From IMG/VR virus record IMGVR_UViG_3300019937_000009, positions 1 through 24,757 of that record: a stretch of DNA of 24,757 bases; one strand, 5' to 3'. The DNA is from a virus. Its lineage: Duplodnaviria > Caudoviricetes. Position numbers and translations under genes: made by a program. This document shows, piece by piece, positions 10,860 to 18,503 of the stretch; within the stretch, counting starts at the first letter, position 1; every line of letters begins with the position of its first letter. Under the pieces are notes generated by a model that was not told where the DNA came from, did no database searches, and worked only from the letters and a program-made list of their open reading frames with translations.

Positions 10860-11130
10860 AAACTATTCGGTAATTGATTTAAATACTGGCAAAAGAATTG
10901 CTGACTGTGCTACTTTAGAAGATGCAAAAATGATGGTGGCATTTAGTCCTGCCAATAGAGCATATAGAAAGAATCGATTTATTGTAGATCAAGTTATTGA
11001 CATAACTTCTACTACAGATAAACAACTTCCAGGACAATTAGGATTGCCTTCTGCAAAAGAGAGACTATCAGATTCTGAGGAACTGATTCTTTTACCAGAG
11101 GCAGAAGGAATTCCTTTTACCACTAAATAA
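10852..11130 (+). CDS. Hypothetical protein
   Basis: 92-aa ORF. Confidence 0.65.
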   Translation: MHENYSVIDLNTGKRIADCATLEDAKMMVAFSPANRAYRKNRFIVDQVIDITSTTDKQLPGQLGLPSAKERLSDSEELILLPEAEGIPFTTK

Positions 11131-11150
11131 CTTTCAGTTTATTATTTACT

Positions 11151-11387
11151 ATGAACTTTACAATTTATTCTAAGGATGGATGTCCTTATTGCTCTCAGAT
11201 AGAAAAGGTTATTAAATTATCTAAATTTCAGTATGAAGTCAAAAAACTTAATGTAGACTTTAATAGAGAAGAATTCTATTCAAAGTTTGGAGATGGATCT
11301 ACGTTTCCTCAAGTTATTTTGGACGGCAAACAACTAGGTGGTTGTGCTGAAACTGTTAAATACCTTTCGGAAAACAAACTTGTTTAA
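11151..11387 (+). CDS. nrdC: Glutaredoxin
   Basis: YSKDGCPYC, TFPQV, LGG motifs; CTAAATA late-type site at 11123-11129. Confidence 0.9.
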   Translation: MNFTIYSKDGCPYCSQIEKVIKLSKFQYEVKKLNVDFNREEFYSKFGDGSTFPQVILDGKQLGGCAETVKYLSENKLV

Positions 11388-11749
11388 TGGATACTAATTT
11401 TCACGAAGTCTACTTTGATGTTGATCAGGCAATTGATTATGCTTTTGAAAACAAATTTGTATTGAAATTTTATGATTATCTAAAAACAAGAAATGCAACA
11501 AGAAAGCAAGTAGAAGAATTTATTACGAGTCAAACTTCTGTTGAGATTTCTGATTTGGTAAATGATTTAGAAGAATATCTTGAGGGTGGATCTGATAATA
11601 ATCACAAAATGCTTCGTGAAGCATATGGGCACATTCCAAAACCACAAGCAAGAAAAATTAAAACATATCTTTATAGTATCCTAGAGGATGCTTGGAAATA
11701 TAGTTATGACAAAAGACCGGGAAGAAGAAAAAAGACTGTCAATAAATAG
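11387..11749 (+). CDS. Conserved cyanophage hypothetical protein
   Basis: LREAYGHIPKPQARKI motif. Confidence 0.75.
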   Translation: MDTNFHEVYFDVDQAIDYAFENKFVLKFYDYLKTRNATRKQVEEFITSQTSVEISDLVNDLEEYLEGGSDNNHKMLREAYGHIPKPQARKIKTYLYSILEDAWKYSYDKRPGRRKKTVNK

Positions 11750-11762
11750 AGGTGTGGAGCTT

Positions 11763-11891
11763 ATGCTCCGAAAGACGAGTAAGAAAAAGAGGGAGGTTCC
11801 AAAAGTTTTTCAATTTAGATTTGAAAAATTAATCTCTTTCTTTTCCAGAGAGTTCTATTTTCAAATCAAGTTTTGCATCAATAAGAAATAA
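11763..11891 (+). CDS. Small basic cyanophage protein (start uncertain)
   Basis: Part of ORF 11688-11891; AATAAATA at 11741-11748 and GGAG precede ATG 11763. Confidence 0.45.
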   Translation: MLRKTSKKKREVPKVFQFRFEKLISFFSREFYFQIKFCINKK

Positions 11892-11908
11892 CTCTTTGGA
11901 GAATAAAA

Positions 11909-12136
11909 ATGGAGTCAATTTATCTGGTAACATTTTCAACAATGTTTACTGTTATGTTTTTCTTGATTGGGGGAATTATTGGTTGGATTGCCAACAGACA
12001 TTTTCTAGAGACTAGACCTCCCTATCTACATCCAGAATTCATGGATGAAAACGGAAATCTTATTCCTGATGAAATTGTAGCAGTTAGATTTGAAAATGGT
12101 CTTGATTATGATGAAGATGAATATGACGACGAATAA
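11909..12136 (+). CDS. Conserved cyanophage membrane protein
   Basis: N-terminal TM segment, HPEFMDENGN motif, acidic tail. Confidence 0.75.
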   Translation: MESIYLVTFSTMFTVMFFLIGGIIGWIANRHFLETRPPYLHPEFMDENGNLIPDEIVAVRFENGLDYDEDEYDDE

Positions 12137-12162
12137 ATAGATCAACTTAATTATTTTTAATT

Positions 12163-12768
12163 ATGACAACTAATACGAAAAAAAGGTCTACTTCTAAAAC
12201 AACTAAAGCACCAGTTAAAAGTGCAACTATTGAGAAACTTCAACCAAATGCTTTTCAAACTGAAATTCTAGAATTGGTTTCTAAGCAAAGAACTAAGGCA
12301 AGCAAGATTTCTCTTCTTAAAGAATATGATAATCCTGCATTGAGAAGCATCTTTATTTGGAATTTTGATGAAAGTGTAATCTCTCTTCTTCCTGAAGGTC
12401 CTGTTCCTTATTCTAGTGTCAAGGATCAGACTTCTCTTGGGGGAACTTTAAGTGAAAAGGTTAATAGTAAAATTTCTGGATCAGATGAAAGAGTGACTTT
12501 CAATGGTTTGTCTGAAAGTTCTTCTGCTGGACATACATCTCTGAGAGCTGAATATACAAAACTCTACAATTTTGTTAAAGGCGGAAACGACGGTCTTTCT
12601 ACTATCCGAAGAGAAACCATGTTTATTCAGATTCTTGAAGGACTTCATCCATTGGAAGCAGAACTTTTGATTCTTGTCAAAGATAAAAAACTTTCTGAGA
12701 AATATAAAGTCACAAAAGAAATTGTTTCGGAAGCTTATCCTGATATTATCTGGGGAGGTCGTTCGTGA
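12163..12768 (+). CDS. Conserved T4-like phage hypothetical protein
   Basis: LPEGPVPY and RRETMFIQILEGLHP motifs; AATAAATA at 12132-12139. Confidence 0.8.
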   Translation: MTTNTKKRSTSKTTKAPVKSATIEKLQPNAFQTEILELVSKQRTKASKISLLKEYDNPALRSIFIWNFDESVISLLPEGPVPYSSVKDQTSLGGTLSEKVNSKISGSDERVTFNGLSESSSAGHTSLRAEYTKLYNFVKGGNDGLSTIRRETMFIQILEGLHPLEAELLILVKDKKLSEKYKVTKEIVSEAYPDIIWGGRS

Positions 12769-13100
12769 CAGTTGTAAAGGAGAAAACTATGGCGGAGCAA
12801 AGTAAAAAAATGAATTTTAATGTTCTGCCCCATGAGTATGGATGTGAAGTTCTTCTAGAAAAAACAACTTTGGATCTTGTAAAAGATCCATCCTTTCCAA
12901 ATGATGCATATTGTATTTGGTATAAGGTTGAAGGAGAAATCTTTATGGATTTAACTCGGTGTAGAAAGAGAGTAGATCTTTTTGATATGTACTACGACAA
13001 GTATGGTCCAGGAGCAGTTCAAAAGATTGATTTTGGATATGGAAGAACTAACCCCAAACTTTGGGGAATTAAACCATCAGAAAAGAAAAAGAAAAGATGA
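12765..13100 (+). CDS. Conserved cyanophage hypothetical protein
   Basis: FDMYYDKYG...GYGRTNPKLWG motif. Confidence 0.75.
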   Translation: MTVVKEKTMAEQSKKMNFNVLPHEYGCEVLLEKTTLDLVKDPSFPNDAYCIWYKVEGEIFMDLTRCRKRVDLFDMYYDKYGPGAVQKIDFGYGRTNPKLWGIKPSEKKKKR

Positions 13101-13282
13101 GTGAAGGATTTAGTGAAGAGAGTATTGAAGTCTCTATTAACAAAACAGAAATCAACAATCTTCTTAAAAAGTATAAGAAGATTAAAAAGTATATGAGATC
13201 TCCTATATTTAAAATTAAAGAGATGGATGGTAGTGAAACTATTGTAAATAATTTGCTAAAAGAAGTAGATACCGATAAATAA
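13097..13282 (+). CDS. Hypothetical protein
   Basis: 61 aa, ATGA overlap. Confidence 0.65.
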   Translation: MSEGFSEESIEVSINKTEINNLLKKYKKIKKYMRSPIFKIKEMDGSETIVNNLLKEVDTDK

Positions 13283-13297
13283 AACTAAACGAGGGAT

Positions 13298-13618
13298 ATG
13301 ATGCTTTCTTCTCAATATAGACTCCGCATGGAGAGTATTTGTGGTAGAATTGCAGGGTGTGAGGAAGTTCAAATCGATGATATGATTTGGGCTCAGAAAC
13401 TTGCAAAGTCAAATGGATCTGCTGAAGCAATGCTTCGTAGAGCAAGGCGAGCAGCAAATAATCCAGAGATGCAAGAAGGAAGTCTAGATGACTTTATGAA
13501 TGCGATGGATCTTGGAGATCCAGATCCTTCAAATCATCGCACTGGATTTACAAGTGCTGATGATATAATCGACTTTTTCTCACAAGATAAACCAGAAGAT
13601 TGGAGGCAGAGAGATTGA
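13298..13618 (+). CDS. Conserved cyanophage hypothetical protein
   Basis: MLSSQYRLR...DWRQRD; GATAAATA at 13274-13281. Confidence 0.75.
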   Translation: MMLSSQYRLRMESICGRIAGCEEVQIDDMIWAQKLAKSNGSAEAMLRRARRAANNPEMQEGSLDDFMNAMDLGDPDPSNHRTGFTSADDIIDFFSQDKPEDWRQRD

Positions 13619-13771
13619 GTGAAACATTATATTATAGCGATTCAATTTATTGATGATGAAATAAAAACTTATAATATCATTTCCACTGCTTCTAAATGGT
13701 TTGTATTAGAGTCTACATTAGCACACGTACCAGAGTTTAAAAGTTATCTAATTAAATCTTATCAGTTATGA
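13619..13771 (+). CDS. Hypothetical protein (50 aa, GTG start, not in ORF track)
   Basis: Fills the gap exactly; ATGA overlap with the next gene. Confidence 0.45.
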   Translation: MKHYIIAIQFIDDEIKTYNIISTASKWFVLESTLAHVPEFKSYLIKSYQL

Positions 13772-14007
13772 ATGAAACGGCAGTAATCTATAGTAACGGT
13801 AGTCAAGAGTGTGAGCGCATTGGTATGCTTCTTAAGAATCTTGGTGGAGAGTTTCATGAATATATTGAGGGTGTGGACTTTAGTGAACGTCAGTTTGAAA
13901 TGGAGTTTGGTAAAGAAGCAACATATCCTCAGGTAGCAATTGGCAGTAAACACATTGGGAGTATTAAAGAAACATTACAATATCTTAAGAACGAAGAACT
14001 TATTTAA
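13768..14007 (+). CDS. Glutaredoxin-like protein with a single active-site Cys
   Basis: IYSNGSQEC, TYPQV, HIG motifs. Confidence 0.75.
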   Translation: MNETAVIYSNGSQECERIGMLLKNLGGEFHEYIEGVDFSERQFEMEFGKEATYPQVAIGSKHIGSIKETLQYLKNEELI

Positions 14008-14010
14008 AAC

Positions 14011-14026
14011 TGTATCATAAAATACA
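14011..14026 (+). promoter_or_regulatory. NtcA-binding site
   Basis: TGTA-TCATAAAA-TACA, matching the extended GTA-N8-TAC consensus, 7 nt upstream of the -35. Confidence 0.65.
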
Positions 14027-14033
14027 AAAACAC

Positions 14034-14062
14034 TTGACTATATAAGTTAATGGCACTATAAT
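14034..14062 (+). promoter_or_regulatory. Sigma70-type promoter
   Basis: TTGACT 14034-14039, N17, TATAAT 14057-14062; the predicted start falls at the RNA motif. Confidence 0.8.
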
Positions 14063-14069
14063 GTGCTTA

Positions 14070-14154
14070 CGTTCAACCAGGAAACTGGTCGCAAGTAGGA
14101 CGGCGGAACGGATCGTTCATCTCTTCGGAGACGCAAACCGCCCGAAGGAACGGG
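14070..14154 (+). ncRNA. Tandem glutamine riboswitch-like RNA (glnA / Downstream-peptide class)
   Basis: Two units, each closed by CGTTC/GAACG (14070-14110 and 14114-14152), with GAAA- and TTCG-capped hairpins followed by CGCAA; upstream of a YRG-motif peptide. Confidence 0.75.
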
Positions 14155-14187
14155 TTTTAATTAACTCATTTCTTTGGAGGCAATCTC

Positions 14188-14322
14188 ATGGCTAAAGTCG
14201 TATATCGTGGTGCCGCTTATGACACCAATGACCGTCTGAATAAGATGGTTTGTACAAAAGAAACCTTTGTAGAGACTTACAGAGGTGTGAAGCATACCGA
14301 AACAAAAGAGGTATGCAAATGA
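14188..14322 (+). CDS. DUF4278-like microprotein (44 aa, not in ORF track)
   Basis: GGAGG RBS at 14176-14180; MAKVVYRGAAYDT...ETYRGVKH has two YRG motifs. Confidence 0.75.
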   Translation: MAKVVYRGAAYDTNDRLNKMVCTKETFVETYRGVKHTETKEVCK

Positions 14323-14420
14323 AACTGAATGTCCTGCAGCTTGTAAAAGAGCAAAAACAAAAACAGAATAGACTACATAAAGCACAAATTGCACAACTTG
14401 TTGGAGCAAAAAAATGCTAG
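14319..14420 (+). CDS. Basic helical microprotein (33 aa)
   Basis: ATGA overlap; MKLNVLQLVKEQKQKQNRLHKAQIAQLVGAKKC. Confidence 0.6.
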   Translation: MKLNVLQLVKEQKQKQNRLHKAQIAQLVGAKKC

Positions 14421-14494
14421 CCGTAGCAGAAATAACTTTGGCATCAATGGCATTTATGTTATTGATAGTTGCTGAAGTTCACTTACTTAAGTGA
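14414..14494 (+). CDS. Hydrophobic microprotein (26 aa)
   Basis: GGAG RBS; MLAVAEITLASMAFMLLIVAEVHLLK; ends just before the terminator. Confidence 0.55.
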   Translation: MLAVAEITLASMAFMLLIVAEVHLLK

Positions 14495-14496
14495 CT

Positions 14497-14524
14497 AGAG
14501 AGGGTTGACACCCTCTCTTTTTTT
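14497..14524 (+). terminator. Rho-independent terminator whose loop region holds the next -35
   Basis: AGAGAGGGT/ACCCTCTCT stem followed by a T run. Confidence 0.85.
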
Positions 14525-14533
14525 ATGTAAAAT
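14505..14533 (+). promoter_or_regulatory. Sigma70-type promoter for the thyX-containing run
   Basis: TTGACA 14505-14510, N17, TAAAAT 14528-14533. Confidence 0.75.
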
Positions 14534-14554
14534 AATAAAGGTACAGGATTTCCA

Positions 14555-14713
14555 ATGGACAAAGAGAAACTTAAACTGATTATTAGAAATCTAGAATCTC
14601 TGGTAGAATGCCTTAAGTCAGAAGTTTATTCTGATGTAGATGCTTATAAGTATGAAGAAATAGGTCCAGCAATCACCGACTATGACGAAATCTTTTATGA
14701 AGATGAAGACTGA
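14555..14713 (+). CDS. Conserved cyanophage small acidic protein (52 aa, not in ORF track)
   Basis: MDKEKLKLIIRNLESLVECLKSEVYSD...DYDEIFYEDED. Confidence 0.7.
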   Translation: MDKEKLKLIIRNLESLVECLKSEVYSDVDAYKYEEIGPAITDYDEIFYEDED

Positions 14714-14892
14714 TGTATGAAGATTTAGATTCCTTTGAAAGGGCTTTGCAACACTTCGGCACTCGCACCGATGTTATTATTGCAATGGAAATGGGAGATA
14801 AGATTGATGGAGAGACTGCCTATCAACTTATCAAAGCAGAGTTGAAAGAACTCAAAAAGAAACGTAAAAATTATAAGAAAGAAAATGAGTGA
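14713..14892 (+). CDS. Conserved small protein (59 aa, not in ORF track)
   Basis: MYEDLDSFERALQHFGTR...AYQLIK; TGATG coupling. Confidence 0.7.
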   Translation: MYEDLDSFERALQHFGTRTDVIIAMEMGDKIDGETAYQLIKAELKELKKKRKNYKKENE

Positions 14893-15526
14893 GCAAGTAA
14901 AACTGATTTCTGTGACCCCTGATGCTGAGAAGGTAATGGGGTACGTAGCGAGGGTCAGCAACCCCTCTAACCAGGAGAATCCCAACGTTGCGGGTCTTCT
15001 TAAGTACTGCGTGAAACACCAGCACTGGAGCGTCTTTGAGCAGGCATTCATGACGCTTGAGATTGAGACCACTAGGGGCATTGCGGCCCAAATCCTGAGG
15101 CATCGTTCTTTCACATATCAAGAGTTCTCACAACGCTATGCTGACAGTTCTCTTCTAGGAGATAGTATTCCTCTCTTTGACTTGCGTCGTCAGGATACAA
15201 AGAATCGTCAAAACTCTATTGATGATATTGATGATTCGGTAAAGCAAGAGTTTGAGAGCAAGATTCGTAAGCACTTTGATGACTCTATGGTTCTCTATCA
15301 GTCAATGCTTGATATGGGAATCGCAAAAGAATGTGCAAGGTTTGTATTGCCTCTTGCAACACCTACAAAAATTTATATGAGTGGGACAATTCGGTCGTGG
15401 GTGCATTACATAACACTTAGGTCGGCCAATGGAACTCAGAAGGAGCATATGGATATTGCCGATGCTTGCAAGAAGATCTTTATGGAGCAGTTCCCAACTG
15501 TTTCAGAAGCGCTTGAATGGAACTAA
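14885..15526 (+). CDS. thyX: FAD-dependent thymidylate synthase
   Basis: RHRSFTYQEFSQR (RHRx7S), HWSVFE, ARFVLP motifs. Confidence 0.95.
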   Translation: MSEQVKLISVTPDAEKVMGYVARVSNPSNQENPNVAGLLKYCVKHQHWSVFEQAFMTLEIETTRGIAAQILRHRSFTYQEFSQRYADSSLLGDSIPLFDLRRQDTKNRQNSIDDIDDSVKQEFESKIRKHFDDSMVLYQSMLDMGIAKECARFVLPLATPTKIYMSGTIRSWVHYITLRSANGTQKEHMDIADACKKIFMEQFPTVSEALEWN

Positions 15527-15550
15527 ATATAATATCTTGAATTTATAACA

Positions 15551-15799
15551 ATGGCAACATACCCAGTAGTTCACAAAGAAACTGGTGAACAGAAAGAAGT
15601 TACGATGAGTGTTAATGATTGGGATCAATGGAAAGAAGACAATCCTGATTGGATTCGGGATTGGTCTGATCCATCTACTTGTCCCCAACCAGGAGAGGTT
15701 GGAGAATGGAAGGATAAACTAATTAAAAAACATCCCGGATGGAATGATGTTCTAGACAAAGTATCAAAGGCACCAAAATCCAGAGTAAAGAAGATTTGA
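15551..15799 (+). CDS. Conserved T4-like cyanophage hypothetical protein
   Basis: MATYPVVHKETGE...PGWNDVL; CTAAATA at 15523-15529. Confidence 0.75.
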   Translation: MATYPVVHKETGEQKEVTMSVNDWDQWKEDNPDWIRDWSDPSTCPQPGEVGEWKDKLIKKHPGWNDVLDKVSKAPKSRVKKI

Positions 15800-15804
15800 T
15801 TTCT

Positions 15805-16554
15805 ATGACAAAAAAGAGAACGGCTAATCCAGTACCATTTGGAACAAGTAATCGAGTTATGAAAAGGAAGAAACCAATCAATCTTGACTACATGAAAAAG
15901 ATTGAACCATTGACAGAAAATCAGGAAACATTATTTGCTAGATATGGTTTAGATCAAAACTTGGTTGCTTATGGTTGTGCTGGAACGGGTAAAACTTTTA
16001 TTACTCTCTACAATGCTTTAAGAGATGTTTTAAATGAAAAGACACCTTATGAGAAAATTTATATCGTAAGGTCTCTTGTAGCAACTAGAGAGATTGGTTT
16101 TCTACCAGGAGACCATGAGGATAAGTCTTCTCTTTACCAAATTCCATACAAGAACATGGTAAAGTATATGTTTGAAATGCCAGATGATGCTTCTTTTGAA
16201 ATGTTGTATGGAAACCTTAAGACTCAAGGAACCATCAGTTTCTGGAGCACTTCCTTTATTCGTGGAACAACTCTGGATAATGCAATCATTATTGTAGATG
16301 AATTCCAAAATCTAAATGGTCATGAGTTAGATTCTATCATCACCCGTGTTGGTGAAAACTCAAAGATTATGTTCTGTGGAGACGCAACACAGTCGGACTT
16401 GATCAAAACAAATGAAAAGAATGGCATTATTGATTTCATGAAAGTCTTGCGTATTATGCCCTCTTTCGATATTATTGAATTTGGTATCGAAGATGTCTGC
16501 CGAAGCGGACTTGTTAAAGAGTATCTAACTGCAAAACATCAACTAGGAATGTAA
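15805..16554 (+). CDS. phoH: PhoH-family ATPase
   Basis: GCAGTGKT Walker A, IGFLPG, RGTTL, IVDEFQN, CGDATQSD. Confidence 0.93.
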   Translation: MTKKRTANPVPFGTSNRVMKRKKPINLDYMKKIEPLTENQETLFARYGLDQNLVAYGCAGTGKTFITLYNALRDVLNEKTPYEKIYIVRSLVATREIGFLPGDHEDKSSLYQIPYKNMVKYMFEMPDDASFEMLYGNLKTQGTISFWSTSFIRGTTLDNAIIIVDEFQNLNGHELDSIITRVGENSKIMFCGDATQSDLIKTNEKNGIIDFMKVLRIMPSFDIIEFGIEDVCRSGLVKEYLTAKHQLGM

Positions 16555-16558
16555 TTTA

Positions 16559-17239
16559 ATGATCTTTAATCATGTAGACGTAGACCTCCCTAGTCTTAAA
16601 AGGGAGGTCATTGATGGTGTGAGATATTATAAAATTGAAGATATCGAAGATCCATTTAAAGCAGTCTCAATTACTTCGGTCATTAGTCATTATAACAAAC
16701 ATATTTTTGAGAAGTGGAGGAAGAAAGTTGGAGAAGAAGAAGCAAATAAAGTTACCAAGCAAGCAACAAGTAGGGGAACTGATGCCCATACTTTAATTGA
16801 GAACTATCTTTATAATAGAGAACTTCCTCCAGTTCAACCAATCTCAGAATATTTGTTTAAAATTGCTAAGCCTGAACTTAACCGCATAAATAATATTTAC
16901 GCCCTAGAAGGTTCTCTTTATAGTAAGTTCTTGGGTGTTGCGGGAACAGTTGATTGTATTGCAGAGTTTGATAATGAACTTGCGATCATCGACTTTAAGA
17001 CTTCAAAAAAACCAAAGCCAAGAGATTGGATCGAACACTATTTTGTACAGTGTTGTGCTTATGCGTGTATGCTACATGAGATTACTGGAATCTCTGTAAA
17101 GAAATTTGTCATCATTATGACTTGCACTAATGGTGAAGTTGTTGTCTATGAGGAACGAGATAAAGAAAAGTATATCCGTCTCTTAACCCAATACATAAAA
17201 AAATTTGTAAAAGACAAGATGGACAACTATGTCACCTAA
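16559..17239 (+). CDS. PD-(D/E)XK exonuclease
   Basis: SITSV, RGTDAH, AGTVDCI, IIDFKTS, QCCAYA motifs. Confidence 0.85.
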   Translation: MIFNHVDVDLPSLKREVIDGVRYYKIEDIEDPFKAVSITSVISHYNKHIFEKWRKKVGEEEANKVTKQATSRGTDAHTLIENYLYNRELPPVQPISEYLFKIAKPELNRINNIYALEGSLYSKFLGVAGTVDCIAEFDNELAIIDFKTSKKPKPRDWIEHYFVQCCAYACMLHEITGISVKKFVIIMTCTNGEVVVYEERDKEKYIRLLTQYIKKFVKDKMDNYVT

Positions 17240-17492
17240 AAACCAGTTAGAAGAAGAGTTTACTAAAAAATTTATGTGTGCTGAAAAATTTGCGAGAGAC
17301 GTTGAAGAGATCGTCAAAAATGATAATGACCTTGATTATATTGGAGCAATAGTTTTCTATTGTGAAAAGAATAATATTGAATTGGAGTCAGTACCTAAAT
17401 TGATTTCAAAACCACTCAAAGAAAAGATCCGTTGGAATGCAATGGAACTTAATTTTCTCAAAAAAACATCCAAAGCTAAACTGCCTGTTTGA
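17229..17492 (+). CDS. 33: Late promoter transcription coactivator gp33
   Basis: YIGAIVFYCEKNNIE...LISKPLKEKI; position before gene 59. Confidence 0.85.
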   Translation: MSPKNQLEEEFTKKFMCAEKFARDVEEIVKNDNDLDYIGAIVFYCEKNNIELESVPKLISKPLKEKIRWNAMELNFLKKTSKAKLPV

Positions 17493-17507
17493 TTTTATTT
17501 TTATACT

Positions 17508-18104
17508 ATGACAGCATTTGAGGTTTACAACTCTTATCTTGGAATCAAGAATCATTTTACAAAAGACAATTACGATTTTTATAAGTATCGAGGTAAAACA
17601 AAATCATCATTGAAAACTTTTTATGGTAGGAAAGATAGATTTTGGTTTGAGAAAATTTCAAGGCAGAAAAAAGACGATGAGATTGTAAACTTCTTTGTTG
17701 CCAACTTTGCATTATCTGATGATCCACAAAGATTGTGGATTGGAGAAATAATTAAATCTGGCAATGAAAGATATGTTGATTGGAACAAGAGAATGCAATC
17801 TCTTTCTTATTTTTTTAAGACAGAGATTGAGAATTCTTTTTTGGATGAGAATTTTGATGAAATGTTTTCTATCAAGGGAAGCAAGCATCCAAAAATTTTA
17901 AAGTTATTTCTTTCTGGAAAAGTATCAATCGAAACTTTGATTATACTGGATCATATTTTAAACTTTAAGAAGAAATTTGATAGTAAGTTAATAGACCCTG
18001 TATGGGAATTAACATCTTTTAGAATTAAAAAATATTCACCATTTCTAAATATTGATGTGTCTAAATTTAGAGACATGTTAAAATTATTAGTGGTAAATCG
18101 ATGA
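17508..18104 (+). CDS. 59: Helicase loader gp59
   Basis: YLGIKNHFT..YDFYKYRGK, SIETL motifs; synteny 33-59-32. Confidence 0.88.
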   Translation: MTAFEVYNSYLGIKNHFTKDNYDFYKYRGKTKSSLKTFYGRKDRFWFEKISRQKKDDEIVNFFVANFALSDDPQRLWIGEIIKSGNERYVDWNKRMQSLSYFFKTEIENSFLDENFDEMFSIKGSKHPKILKLFLSGKVSIETLIILDHILNFKKKFDSKLIDPVWELTSFRIKKYSPFLNIDVSKFRDMLKLLVVNR

Positions 18105-18433
18105 GTTTTTTTGATTCAGATATTGTAAGAAATGAAATGTTGGAAATAAACTCTTTGCAACAAAGAGTTTATGATAATGTTTTTGAGTATCCATCAATGT
18201 CAAAAGAAAGAAAGATTGAACATATTGAAGTTCTTCAGGAACTTTTAGAGAAACAAAAGGTACTTTATGTGCGGTTAAGTTTGTCTGATGATCCAGAAGC
18301 AAAAGAACTTAAAACTAGAATTGAAGATTCTATTATAATGATGGGTATGTCAAATGAGTCTAATGTGAATTTAGTGTTTGACAACCTGACTCGTATGGTT
18401 GAGTCAATGAAAAAGGAACTAGACCGGGCTTGA
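18101..18433 (+). CDS. DUF1825-like cyanobacterial/cyanophage protein
   Basis: MSFFDSDIVR...RLSLSDDPEA. Confidence 0.75.
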   Translation: MSFFDSDIVRNEMLEINSLQQRVYDNVFEYPSMSKERKIEHIEVLQELLEKQKVLYVRLSLSDDPEAKELKTRIEDSIIMMGMSNESNVNLVFDNLTRMVESMKKELDRA

Positions 18434-18458
18434 CATCCCTTTTTACTTCCTGTAAAAT
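18430..18458 (+). promoter_or_regulatory. Sigma70-type promoter of gene 32
   Basis: TTGACA 18430-18435, N17, TAAAAT 18453-18458. Confidence 0.75.
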
Positions 18459-18503
18459 AAAGTCGTCCCAAAGGCCAAATCAAATTTAAAAAGAGGTAAT
18501 CTA

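Noticed and set aside
14161-14409. 82-aa minus-strand ORF
   Set aside because: It is antisense to plus-strand microproteins that have an RBS, promoter and terminator.
16559-17239. Cas4-like nuclease implying a CRISPR system
   Set aside because: It is the standard exonuclease between phoH and gene 33; no array or other cas genes are present.
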